Assembly (NCBI GenBank): GCA_016192685.1 | Contig: JACPTS010000001.1 | Coordinates: forward strand, 161,710-225,709 | DNA length: 64,000 nucleotides | Direction of reading: 5' to 3' | Source of the DNA: Candidatus Harrisonbacteria bacterium | Lineage (GTDB): Bacteria > Patescibacteriota > Minisyncoccia > UBA6257 > 02-FULL-45-10c | Shown: one piece after another, positions 56,569 to 64,000 of the stretch | How the letters are laid out: the number at the start of each line of letters is the position of its first letter | Numbering within the stretch: the first letter of the stretch is position 1 | Notes under the pieces: generated by a model | Databases searched by the model: none | Told to the model about the DNA's origin: nothing | What the model saw: the letters and a program-made list of their open reading frames with translations, nothing else | Program-made: the position numbers and the translations under genes

Positions 56569-57585
56569 ATGGACGAATCGAAAAGAGAAGAATTAACCGA
56601 TAGCGGATATTCCTGGAATTTTCTTTGGTATGCCTTGCCAGCCGCCTTTATACTCTTGGTTGGTTATCAATCCTGCCGCAAAAATAAAAATTATAACTCT
56701 AATTTGGAAGCCGGCATTCCTCCGGGGGTAAATTTATACAGCCAGCCGATCAGCTCTGCCACCGCCAAAGAAAAAATTGCCGTGATTTCCATTCAGGGGG
56801 AAATCAGCCCCAAAAACAACATGGTGGAAATTACTATTGCCAAGCTGAAATCGGCAGCAACGGATCCGGATATAAAAGCCGTAATTCTTAAAATAGAAAG
56901 CCCCGGCGGCGATGTAAATTCTACCAATTTAATTTGGAATGAAATAAATAAATTAAAAACTTCAAAAAAGCCGGTAATTGCTTTTTTTAATTATATAGCG
57001 GCTTCCGGAGCTTATTATATTTCGGCGCCGGCTGATAAAATCGTATCCACCCCGGAAACCTGGACCGGCAGCATCGGAGTTATTTTCCAATCTCTCAACC
57101 TTTACGGATTAACTGAAAAATTGGGAGTCAAAATGATGACCATTAAATCGGCGGCCAACAAAGATATGCTTTCCCCATATCGCCAGCCGGAACCGGAAGG
57201 TGAAAAAATCATGCAGGCGCTTGTTAACGAAAGCTATGATGCTTTTGTTGGGGTGGTAAGCCAAGGAAGAAAAATGAACGAGGTCAAAGTCCGAAAATTG
57301 GCCGACGGCAGAATTTATTCCGCCAGACAAGCAAAAGAAAATGGATTAGTGGATGAGATCGGTTACTTTGAAGATGCGGTTAAACTAGCCAAACAATTAA
57401 GTAAATCCGAAGAGGCATCCGTAGTGGAAATTCAAGAAAGAATCAGCTTTTCCGGATTATTTTTTAATCAATTTTTAACTAAAAATGATTCTCCGCCGTT
57501 AAAGTCAATGGAGAAATTGCTGCCTAAAAGCGGATTATATTATATTGATCCGGCTTTACTGATAATGTACCAAAGCAATCATTAA
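56569..57585 (+). CDS. sppA: signal peptide peptidase SppA (S49 family, 36K type)
   Basis: KIAVISIQGEI, AVILKIESPGGDV, KPVIAFFNYIAASGAYYIS, TGSIGVIFQ. Confidence 0.85.
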   Translation: MDESKREELTDSGYSWNFLWYALPAAFILLVGYQSCRKNKNYNSNLEAGIPPGVNLYSQPISSATAKEKIAVISIQGEISPKNNMVEITIAKLKSAATDPDIKAVILKIESPGGDVNSTNLIWNEINKLKTSKKPVIAFFNYIAASGAYYISAPADKIVSTPETWTGSIGVIFQSLNLYGLTEKLGVKMMTIKSAANKDMLSPYRQPEPEGEKIMQALVNESYDAFVGVVSQGRKMNEVKVRKLADGRIYSARQAKENGLVDEIGYFEDAVKLAKQLSKSEEASVVEIQERISFSGLFFNQFLTKNDSPPLKSMEKLLPKSGLYYIDPALLIMYQSNH

Positions 57586-57624
57586 AAATTAAGCGCGCTC
57601 CGATTTATCGGAGCGTTTTATATT

Positions 57625-57696
57625 GTCTCCCCGCGAAGAATCGAACTTCGATCTACTCCTTAGAAGGGAGTCGTTCTATCCGTTGAACTACGGGGA
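57625..57696 (-). tRNA. tRNA-Arg (TCT)
   Basis: Manual fold: acceptor CTCCCCG/CGGGGAG, D-arm GTTC-AACGGATA-GAAC, anticodon stem ACTCC/GGAGT with loop CTTCTAA, T-arm CGAAG-TTCGATT-CTTCG. Confidence 0.7.
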
Positions 57697-57706
57697 GGTA
57701 TATAAC

Positions 57707-57780
57707 TTGGTCGGAGTGCTGGGAATCGAACCCAAGCCGCGTGCTCCCAAAGCACGTATACTGCCATTATACGACACTCC
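57707..57780 (-). tRNA. tRNA-Pro (TGG), CCA encoded
   Basis: C1-G72 acceptor CGGAGTG/CACTCCG, A73, CCA; anticodon stem CGTGC/GCACG with loop TTTGGGA (G37); T-arm TTGGG-TTCGATT-CCCAG. Confidence 0.7.
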
Positions 57781-57897
57781 GATTATTCTATATTACCCAA
57801 AATTATAGCTAAAAAGCAAAAATTGACGAATTTGAATATATGTTTATAATAATAGTAACAATACCTAGCTCATTATAAATTTAAGCGATAACCGAAA

Positions 57898-58056
57898 ATG
57901 GCTAGGAAAAACTGCAAAAAAAGGCGCTGCCATAAACGCTTTCTGCCGTTGCCGAAAATTCCCCTGACCGAAACTCAAAGAAAAACCATAACCGATCCCC
58001 TGGAAATCCTTTCTGATAAATGGGGAAATCGCAAGCCTTTTAAAAAGGCGAAATAG
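57898..58056 (+). CDS. small basic hypothetical protein (52 aa), not in the ORF track
   Basis: MARKNCKKRRCHKRFLPLPKIPLTETQRKTITDPLEILSDKWGNRKPFKKAK; followed directly by a terminator hairpin. Confidence 0.25.
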   Translation: MARKNCKKRRCHKRFLPLPKIPLTETQRKTITDPLEILSDKWGNRKPFKKAK

Positions 58057-58085
58057 CCCTCCGACGTGCGTCGGAGGGCTTTCTT
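58057..58085 (+). terminator. rho-independent terminator
   Basis: ccctccgacg-tgcg-tcggaggg followed by a T-rich stretch. Confidence 0.5.
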
Positions 58086-58692
58086 AACTGACAAGATTAT
58101 CAAACTCCCGCATTTTTTGATTGAAAAGATCATTGAGTATGTTAATTTCCTTAACTTCCTGATTCATATTTTTAATCAAAGTTTGCACCTCTTCAGAACC
58201 TTGCGGAATAACTCCAGAAAAAGTAAGCTCTAAAATCTGCAGAAGCGAATTCAAAGAGTCGTTGTAAACTATTAAATGAGTAATCAGGGCTACTTCATCA
58301 CGCACGGCATCTGTGGCTAAATTTCTCGCTTTAGTCGGGGTAATTCCCCCTGCCGCTTCCGTCATAGCGCCAATTTCTTTAGCTAAATCAGCGGCTTTAA
58401 CCCGAGATTTTTTAGAATTTTCCAATTCTTCCTTAACCAAAACCAAAGCCCTGGGATAATTATTTTTACGCTCCTGCAGGGAAATTTTATCCAGATTTTG
58501 AACAGAAATATCGGTTAAAGCCACTATTTCTTTTGCCACTAAAGCGCTCCGGCTTCTTGCCTCAAAAAATTCATTGGGCACGAAGCTTTTGCCAAGTAAA
58601 AAATAACCGGCCAGATAAAGGGCCAAAAAAGAACCCAGCAGCAGGATTGTTCCCCGAAAACTCTTTTTCATTTTAAAAGCTTTGACATTCAT
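58084..58692 (-). CDS. membrane-anchored hypothetical protein
   Basis: 202 aa; N-terminal transmembrane helix, then a helical domain. Confidence 0.4.
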   Translation of the reverse strand: MNVKAFKMKKSFRGTILLLGSFLALYLAGYFLLGKSFVPNEFFEARSRSALVAKEIVALTDISVQNLDKISLQERKNNYPRALVLVKEELENSKKSRVKAADLAKEIGAMTEAAGGITPTKARNLATDAVRDEVALITHLIVYNDSLNSLLQILELTFSGVIPQGSEEVQTLIKNMNQEVKEINILNDLFNQKMREFDNLVS

Positions 58693-58838
58693 ATCTCTAT
58701 ATAATAGAGGAATTTTGAAAAAATTTACAATATTCTTGTCTGGTAAAATTTTTATTGCTATAATACTTCAGTAAAGAATCTCGCCTTCGCGATCTATTTA
58801 GCGGGCTTGCCCGCCGTAGCTCGCTTCAGCGAGCAAAG

Positions 58839-58912
58839 GCGGGTATCGTATAGTGGCAATACAACAGGTTTCCAACCTGTGGCCGGGGGTTCGATTCCCC
58901 CTACCCGCTCCA
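58839..58912 (+). tRNA. tRNA-Gly (TCC), CCA encoded
   Basis: Acceptor GCGGGTA/TACCCGC; anticodon stem ACAGG/CCTGT with loop TTTCCAA; T-arm GGGGG-TTCGATT-CCCCC; flanked by GC-rich processing hairpins. Confidence 0.85.
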
Positions 58913-59018
58913 TTCTTCGCCACCGGAGAAGAATGGCCCTTCGTAGCTTTACGCGAAGAAGGGCTATTCAAAATTTGACAATGGCTCAACGGAAGGCTTC
59001 GAATGGCTGCGCACTATT

Positions 59019-59261
59019 ATGTATTTTGTATATATTTTAAAAAGTATAAATTTTCCGAATCAAACATATACAGGTTCTTCTTCTAATTTAAAAAATAGAT
59101 TGCAATCGCATAACGATGGCGCCAACAAACACACCAGCAAATTCAAACCTTGGAAATTGATTTGGTTTTGCGCCTTTCCCACAAAACAGAAAGCTGAAGT
59201 ATTTGAAAAATATCTTAAAACTGCTTCTGGTATTGCCTTTAAAAGAAAAAGATTGATATAG
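59019..59261 (+). CDS. stand-alone GIY-YIG nuclease domain protein (YhbQ/UPF0213-like)
   Basis: YFVYILKS...YTGSSSNLKNRLQSHN; about 80 aa. Confidence 0.7.
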   Translation: MYFVYILKSINFPNQTYTGSSSNLKNRLQSHNDGANKHTSKFKPWKLIWFCAFPTKQKAEVFEKYLKTASGIAFKRKRLI

Positions 59262-59445
59262 CGACGGATTTCCGCTCCAGACACACTCTTGAAAAATTTT
59301 CATTAATCAAGTAAAGTATATTTATTGAGTTAAATTGAATCCGTGCCGTTGGTACGGATTTTTAATTTGGAAAAAACCTCATAGCTATTGCGGTATAATT
59401 AGATTAGGAGGCCTTCGTAACTAAGGCAGCCCTCATTCGTTCTAT

Positions 59446-60021
59446 ATGTTAGACAACGAAAAAAATCATATTCGGCAGGCCAAAAAAGGCAATCCAGAGG
59501 CCTTTGGGCTTCTTTACGACCATTATCTGCCCCAGATTTACCGGTTTATTTTTCTCAAAGTATCCAATCGGACAGAGGCGGAAGATTTGACTCACGAAGT
59601 ATTTCTAAGCGCTTGGCAAAGCCTTCCTAATTATAAATACGAAGGTTTTCCGTTTTCCAGCTGGCTATACCAGATTGCCAAAAACGCCACCATTGATTTT
59701 TACCGAACCGCTAAAAAAAATCTTCCGATTGAATTGGTAAATGAAGAATTGGTAAAATTCACCCCCCGTGATCCGGAGGAACTGAATACTCTTCTGGAAT
59801 TGGAGCAGATTAAAACCTGCATTCGCCAGCTGAAACCGGAATATCAAGACGTTTTAATTATGAGATTTGTGGAAGACCTTACTCATGAAGAAATCGCGGC
59901 AGCGCTGGAAAAAAGCCAAGGAGCCGTTCGCCTCATTCAGCATCGGGCAATAAAAGAACTGCGGAATCTATATTATGGAAAAAATTTAAACGACTATGGA
60001 ACAACTACTCACGAAGCTTAA
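59446..60021 (+). CDS. RNA polymerase sigma-70 factor, ECF subfamily
   Basis: Region 2 EAEDLTHEVFLSAWQSL...FSSWLYQIAKNATIDFYR; region 4 DVLIMRFVEDLTHEEIAAALEKSQGAVRLIQHRAIKELR. Confidence 0.85.
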   Translation: MLDNEKNHIRQAKKGNPEAFGLLYDHYLPQIYRFIFLKVSNRTEAEDLTHEVFLSAWQSLPNYKYEGFPFSSWLYQIAKNATIDFYRTAKKNLPIELVNEELVKFTPRDPEELNTLLELEQIKTCIRQLKPEYQDVLIMRFVEDLTHEEIAAALEKSQGAVRLIQHRAIKELRNLYYGKNLNDYGTTTHEA

Positions 60022-60370
60022 ATCAATTCAACCAACCCAAAATTTCCAAGAACGCTCTAAGGCGATTATTTTACTTTCCCGCCAAAACCAGCCGCAAACT
60101 GTCTGGAATTCTCTTCTAGCTATGCCACACCAAAGAATTACCTTTGGCTTAACGGCGTTGGCAGTTTTTCTAATCTTGGGGAGCCTTTCCGCCCTGAATA
60201 ATTCCTCAGTTTCCCAATCTTTGGTTTCCAGCTTAGACCAAGAAAATCTCACTGCCGAAGTTAAATCGCTGGATATCCAGATCCAGCTGGCGCAAATCCA
60301 ATACTACCAAGACTCTATTAAAAAAATTGAAGTGGCCCTGAAAGAAATCTCCGAAGAATCAGAATTATAA
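59996..60370 (+). CDS. putative anti-sigma factor (single-pass membrane protein, translationally coupled to the sigma gene)
   Basis: 26-nt overlap with the sigma gene; transmembrane helix ITFGLTALAVFLILGSL. Confidence 0.45.
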   Translation: MEQLLTKLKSIQPTQNFQERSKAIILLSRQNQPQTVWNSLLAMPHQRITFGLTALAVFLILGSLSALNNSSVSQSLVSSLDQENLTAEVKSLDIQIQLAQIQYYQDSIKKIEVALKEISEESEL

Positions 60371-61152
60371 TGAAAAAGATTTTACAAAACATCTTTATCG
60401 GCCTGCTCTTAACAGGCCTCTTTTTCATTTCTTTCAATTCCGCGGAAGCCCAAACTATTAATCTCCGATCCGCCTTTAAAAAAGCAGCGGAAAAAATAAG
60501 CGCCTTTATTGATTTTAAAAAAAAGGAAACAACGCCCCTACCTTTAGAAAAAACCGGGATTAAAAAAGAAGCGCTCACTAAAATATTTGAACTGACGCTT
60601 TTAGAACAGCAAGATCTTCAAAATAAACTGAGGGGGCTTAAAAATCTTGGCGAAAAACAAACGGAATTAAAAAACGAATTATTAACCTCTCTTCAGGAAA
60701 ATGAAAATGCCTATCGCGAATTAAAAAAACAGCTGGAAGAAGCAAATACCTCGGAAGAAATAAAACGGCTGGCCAACGACTTCAATAATTGGCGGAATTT
60801 AGTTTATAAGCCGAAAGTGGAAAAAGTAATTTCTTTTACGCTGGTTTTCCAGCAAAAAGATACTTTTAATATTGCCAAAACCAGACTGCGAAATATTAAA
60901 AAAGAACTGCCCAATTTAGATTGGGCCGATGATCTTATTGCTAAGGCGGAAGCAAAAATTCAAAAAGCGGTTTCTTTAAATAACCAAGCCGCGGATCTTA
61001 TCTCGCAAGAATTAAGGCCCGGCTTCTTTAAAAGATTAATTGGACAAAATTATCTTCCTGCCATTAAATCACTGACAGAAGAAAGCGACCAGGAAATCAA
61101 AGATGCTTATCAAATTTTTGTTGAATTAGGAAAGGCAGTAAAAGAAAAATAG
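60370..61152 (+). CDS. secreted coiled-coil protein (hypothetical)
   Basis: Signal peptide MKKILQNIFIGLLLTGLFFISFNSAEA; ATGA overlap with the upstream gene. Confidence 0.4.
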   Translation: MKKILQNIFIGLLLTGLFFISFNSAEAQTINLRSAFKKAAEKISAFIDFKKKETTPLPLEKTGIKKEALTKIFELTLLEQQDLQNKLRGLKNLGEKQTELKNELLTSLQENENAYRELKKQLEEANTSEEIKRLANDFNNWRNLVYKPKVEKVISFTLVFQQKDTFNIAKTRLRNIKKELPNLDWADDLIAKAEAKIQKAVSLNNQAADLISQELRPGFFKRLIGQNYLPAIKSLTEESDQEIKDAYQIFVELGKAVKEK

Positions 61153-61155
61153 GTT

Positions 61156-61431
61156 TTACTTTACTGCTTCTTTCAAAGCTTTTCCGGCTTTAAATTTCAC
61201 CCGAATAGAAGCTGGAATAGTCAAGCTTTCTCCGGTTTTGGGATTCCGGCCGGAACGGGCTGCTGCTTTTCTGGTAGAAAAAGTTCCAAATCCGGTCATA
61301 GTTACTTCTTCCCCGCGAGCCAGTGACTTCGTCACCGCGGCAAAAACCGCCTCCACCGCCTTCTGCGCTTGTTTTTTTGTCCCGCACTTCGCCGCCTTTA
61401 ACACGGCTTGTACTAAATTTTCTTTGGTCAT
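61156..61431 (-). CDS. hup: DNA-binding protein HU
   Basis: MTKENLVQAV...GFGTFSTRKAAARSGRNPKTGESLTIPASIRVKFKAGKALKEAV; the ORF-track start at 61491 is a spurious N-terminal extension. Confidence 0.85.
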   Translation of the reverse strand: MTKENLVQAVLKAAKCGTKKQAQKAVEAVFAAVTKSLARGEEVTMTGFGTFSTRKAAARSGRNPKTGESLTIPASIRVKFKAGKALKEAVK

Positions 61432-61592
61432 GTTTTTAATTATACCAAATAAAAAACAAAAATTAAATTGAATTTCAAAATTCTTATTCAACCATTCCCT
61501 GCCTGCCGGCAGGCAGGGATCTAATTAGAGAAAATAAGAAATAAAAAAACCGCTGGGCAAAGGAAGTCAGACTTCCCAAGCCAAGCGGCTTT

Positions 61593-61841
61593 TTATTTAT
61601 AAATTTTATCCCGCGGACCCACCTCTAATAAAAGAATTTCTCTTTCGTTAAGAAATTTGAAAATAATCCTAAACTTACCGACTCGGACTTTATATTTACC
61701 AACCAAATCTTCACGCAATGACTCAATTTTTACTGTACCACTTTCTAATCTTTCTAATTTCTTTTTAACTTGTAATTGAATCGTGTGATCAAGTTTCTTT
61801 ACAGAATCCAAAAAACTATTGCCAAAATGCAATAAGTACAT
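61593..61841 (-). CDS. RelE/ParE-family toxin (type II toxin-antitoxin)
   Basis: 82 aa; ...LVGKYKVRVGKFRIIFKFLNEREILLLEVGPRDKIY (RelE/ParE signature). Confidence 0.65.
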   Translation of the reverse strand: MYLLHFGNSFLDSVKKLDHTIQLQVKKKLERLESGTVKIESLREDLVGKYKVRVGKFRIIFKFLNEREILLLEVGPRDKIYK

Positions 61842-61847
61842 AAAAAA

Positions 61848-62075
61848 TTAAGAAAGCAGCATCTTCAAAAAGGTCTTGGAATTAAACCGATATTTTGGTT
61901 TTTCTATTTCGGCTTTCAAGACCCTTTTAACAAATTCTGGGCGGTATTCACCTTCGGAATCTTTTGCTTTACGCAAAAGTGGGGCGATAAACTCCTTAAT
62001 TAATTCTTGTTTAAGCTCTTCTTTTAGCTCTCTTTTTAATTTTTGTATTGTTGCCGTACTCATAATTACTTTCAT
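61848..62075 (-). CDS. putative antitoxin of the RelE/ParE module
   Basis: 75 aa; lies directly upstream (6-nt gap) of the toxin on the same strand. Confidence 0.45.
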   Translation of the reverse strand: MKVIMSTATIQKLKRELKEELKQELIKEFIAPLLRKAKDSEGEYRPEFVKRVLKAEIEKPKYRFNSKTFLKMLLS

Positions 62076-62133
62076 TATAGCAAAAAATAAAAACTGGTCA
62101 AATGCCGTAATTTAAAAACAAAAAACCGCTTAG

Positions 62134-62436
62134 CTAGCAGCTTTTTAATGAAAGTTCTTTAATATGACCGGATTTAAGCATAATGTTTAAGAAGCTACGA
62201 CATCTTGCCTCATGCGTTTTTCCTCTAAGATAATCCTTCCCAAACTCTGCCGACCTTACCGCTTTTGCAAGATAACTCATGTAATCAGCTTTTGTCCTTA
62301 CTTTTAAAAATGGGCTTCGATCTTTAAACATGTGGTCAACAATTTCTGTCGGCGTGCCAACGGCCAACCCATTCATTCGGCAAGAATATCCGGAATGATA
62401 TCGAATTTTCATTACTTTCTCCTTCTGCTTTTTCAT
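62134..62436 (-). CDS. hypothetical protein
   Basis: 100-aa ORF. Confidence 0.3.
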   Translation of the reverse strand: MKKQKEKVMKIRYHSGYSCRMNGLAVGTPTEIVDHMFKDRSPFLKVRTKADYMSYLAKAVRSAEFGKDYLRGKTHEARCRSFLNIMLKSGHIKELSLKSC

Positions 62437-62571
62437 TATGGTCTCTCCTCTTTCTATTATCGATTTACTATCTCATAGATTACTTTAACTGAATCGTTGC
62501 GTCAAGTTCAAAAAACAAAAAACCCCGCACTGTTAGTGACGGGGCAGACCACTGGGCGAACCCAAGAACAT

Positions 62572-62607
62572 TTGTCTAACCTTTTGCGATCGCAAAAGGT
62601 TAGACAA
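62572..62607. promoter_or_regulatory. 36-bp perfect palindrome centred on GATC (candidate operator/recognition site), flanked by two terminator-like hairpins (62523..62546 and 62625..62652)
   Basis: ttgtctaaccttttgcGATCgcaaaaggttagacaa. Confidence 0.4.
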
Positions 62608-62683
62608 ATCATCAAAAAAACAAAAACCCCCGTAAATTTCATACGGGGGTGGGGCACTGAGTTTATCCAAAGCGGTCTTGGAT

Positions 62684-62908
62684 TTATGAGCTACCCAATA
62701 ACTTGCGCAGCCGGGAATCCCGCTTTTTCTTAATTTCGACGATCTTCGCCTTAATCTCGGCTTTCTCGCTTGCTCTTGAAGAGATATAAAATCCTACGGC
62801 ATCGCGAATCTGGTCAGCAGTCGTGGTATTGTCCAGTTCTGCAAGCGCAAGGAGTAGATCAAGTTGTTCATTATCTAACCTAATAGAAACAATGGTTCTC
62901 TCGCTCAT
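62684..62908 (-). CDS. ribbon-helix-helix (CopG/Arc/MetJ-like) DNA-binding protein
   Basis: MSERTIVSIRLDNEQLDLLLALAELDNTTTADQIRDAV; the true start is probably the internal Met at 62908. Confidence 0.5.
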   Translation of the reverse strand: MSERTIVSIRLDNEQLDLLLALAELDNTTTADQIRDAVGFYISSRASEKAEIKAKIVEIKKKRDSRLRKLLGSS

Positions 62909-63019
62909 TTCATCCCTCTTTTGGAATCTAAAAAGAGGATAACAAAACAATATTTAATTGTCAAATTCTAGAAAATTTAAATTCAACTAAACGAGGTTGA
63001 ATTTTCTAAAACTAAAATA

Positions 63020-63158
63020 AAACCAGCTTGCATGTTTCGTAGAGCAACTACGGAAGCGCCAAAAGATTGGTGTCCTGCGAAGCAGGACTTTTGGCGCTGA
63101 GGCGTAGGCGCGGTCGCCCGCTGGAGGCGACCGACGCCGGTGCTCATAGAAATATACG
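63020..63158. repeat. GC-rich multi-hairpin palindromic element, copy C (intergenic, 3' of rny)
   Basis: Closing inverted repeat aaaccagct/agctggttt; hairpins gcgccaaaa...ttttggcgc, gtcctgc-gaa-gcaggac, ggtcgcc-cgctg-gaggcgacc. Confidence 0.8.
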
Positions 63159-63187
63159 AGCTGGTTTTTAAAATTGGTTCGGAAAAA

Positions 63188-64000
63188 CTAACGAGCCACC
63201 TCCACTGCCCGCATCTCACGGATAACATTCACCTTAATCTCGCCCGGATATTTCATATCGGTCTGGATTTTATGGGCAATATTTTTTGCCAGTTCCAAAG
63301 CGCCAAAATCATCCACTTTTTCCGGAATCACGAAAACTCGCACTTCCCGTCCCGCGGAAAGCGCGTAAGCATTTTTCACGCCCGGAAAACCAGTGGCAAT
63401 TTTTTCCAAATCTCCCAGCCGCTTTATATAATTTTCCACTGTTCCCCTCCGGGCGCCCGGACGAGCCGCCGACAAAACATCGGCCGCGGTAACAATAAAT
63501 GATTCCGGATTGGAATAGGGATACTCTTCATGATGCGACTGCATGGCTTTAATAATTTCTTCATCAATGCCGTATTTTTGCAAAATTTTCCGGCCCAATT
63601 CCACGTGCGTTCCCTCCACTTCATGGTCAATGGCTTTCCCAATGTCATGAAGCAAAGCGCCTTTTTTCGCCACCTCAACCCGCGCTCCAAGCTCTGCCGC
63701 AATAATGGCGGAAATATGCGCCATTTCAATGGAATGGACTAAAACATTCTGGCCAAAACTGGTCCGGAAATAAAGCCGGCCCAAAAGCTGGATAATTTCT
63801 TTCGGCAAACCGACTACGCCGACTTCCAATGCCGTATTCTCGCCGATTTCCACCATTCGCTTATTTAACTCATTTTTCGCTTCTTCCACTTTTTCTTCAA
63901 TTTTTGCCGGCTGAATCCGGCCGTCCTTAATCAATCTCTCCAGCGCCATGCGCGCGGTTTCCCGGCGCAGCGGGTCAAAAGAAGAAAGCACAATCGTGTC
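63188..64000 (-). CDS. rny: ribonuclease Y (KH + HD domains), C-terminal part; the N-terminus lies beyond the window end
   Basis: HDIGKAIDHEVEGTHVELG (HD), ...AGREVRVFVIPEKVDD...YPGEIKVNVIREMRAVEVAR (RNase Y C-terminal signature). Confidence 0.85.
   Translation of the reverse strand, partial: DTIVLSSFDPLRRETARMALERLIKDGRIQPAKIEEKVEEAKNELNKRMVEIGENTALEVGVVGLPKEIIQLLGRLYFRTSFGQNVLVHSIEMAHISAIIAAELGARVEVAKKGALLHDIGKAIDHEVEGTHVELGRKILQKYGIDEEIIKAMQSHHEEYPYSNPESFIVTAADVLSAARPGARRGTVENYIKRLGDLEKIATGFPGVKNAYALSAGREVRVFVIPEKVDDFGALELAKNIAHKIQTDMKYPGEIKVNVIREMRAVEVAR

Noticed and set aside
57623-57808. 61-aa plus-strand ORF
   Set aside because: It overlaps tRNA-Arg and tRNA-Pro on the opposite strand; a spurious ORF.
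61432-61491. N-terminal extensions in the ORF track for HU (61432..61491) and PGM (47422..47550)
   Set aside because: The internal Met codons (MTKENLV..., MPIEPKIFKAYDVRG) match the canonical family N-termini. The extensions are hydrophobic junk with no RBS logic.
62983-63228. 81-aa minus-strand ORF downstream of rny
   Set aside because: It consists almost entirely of GC-rich element copy C read through in one frame, with no start context; judged non-coding.
1-64000. Searched by eye for rRNA genes, tmRNA, RNase P RNA, CRISPR arrays, transposase/integrase genes, reverse transcriptases and restriction-modification systems
   Set aside because: No convincing signatures were found in this window. 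The only mobile-element-like proteins are the LAGLIDADG and GIY-YIG endonucleases and the GC-rich foreign ORF.

Overview
This is a low-GC (about 38-40%), gene-dense fragment that looks like a Candidate Phyla Radiation / Patescibacteria (Parcubacteria-like) genome. That assignment rests on family-level motif recognition only; no searches were run. The window has three parts. (1) Bases 1-37,200 are one large cell-surface glycosylation island. It holds at least 9 GT4 glycosyltransferases; 5 GT2 (Dpm1/ArnC-like) enzymes, one of them partial at the window start; 7 GT-C (PMT/ArnT-like) membrane transferases; 4 SAM methyltransferases (one fused to a GT4); a UDP-xylose-synthase-like decarboxylase; an RmlA-like nucleotidyltransferase; a polysaccharide deacetylase; and a KpsS/KpsC-like capsule enzyme. 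These are interleaved with two Thr/Ser-rich secreted proteins that share a peptidoglycan-binding N-terminus. One is 1212 aa; the other is interrupted by a +1 frameshift in a G6 tract. (2) Bases 37-54 kb are housekeeping: clpB, an iscS-like cysteine desulfurase, pgm, ftsK, a rodZ-like gene, recA, folD, yvcK. (3) Bases 54.8-59 kb are a tRNA/mobile-element hotspot: tRNA-His; a free-standing LAGLIDADG endonuclease; a roughly 60% GC foreign ORF; a tRNA-Phe(GAA) split by a 229-nt group I intron; SppA; tRNA-Arg, tRNA-Pro and tRNA-Gly; and a GIY-YIG protein. These are followed by an ECF sigma/anti-sigma pair, HU, a RelE/ParE toxin-antitoxin pair and the 3' end of rny. Two observations stand out. (a) A GC-rich, multi-hairpin palindromic element of about 120-140 nt occurs three times, with compensatory base changes that preserve its stems. 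Two copies sit in frame inside essential genes (iscS and pgm), like Rickettsia palindromic elements. Smaller GC-rich palindromes are inserted in frame in two GT-C genes. (b) Heptanucleotide tandem arrays lie in frame inside several GT genes, and the surface-protein paralog has a G6 frameshift. Together these suggest phase-variable surface glycosylation. The island itself looks like a protein O-glycosylation system: a polyprenyl-phosphate sugar donor made by GT2, GT-C transferases, and Thr-rich substrates.
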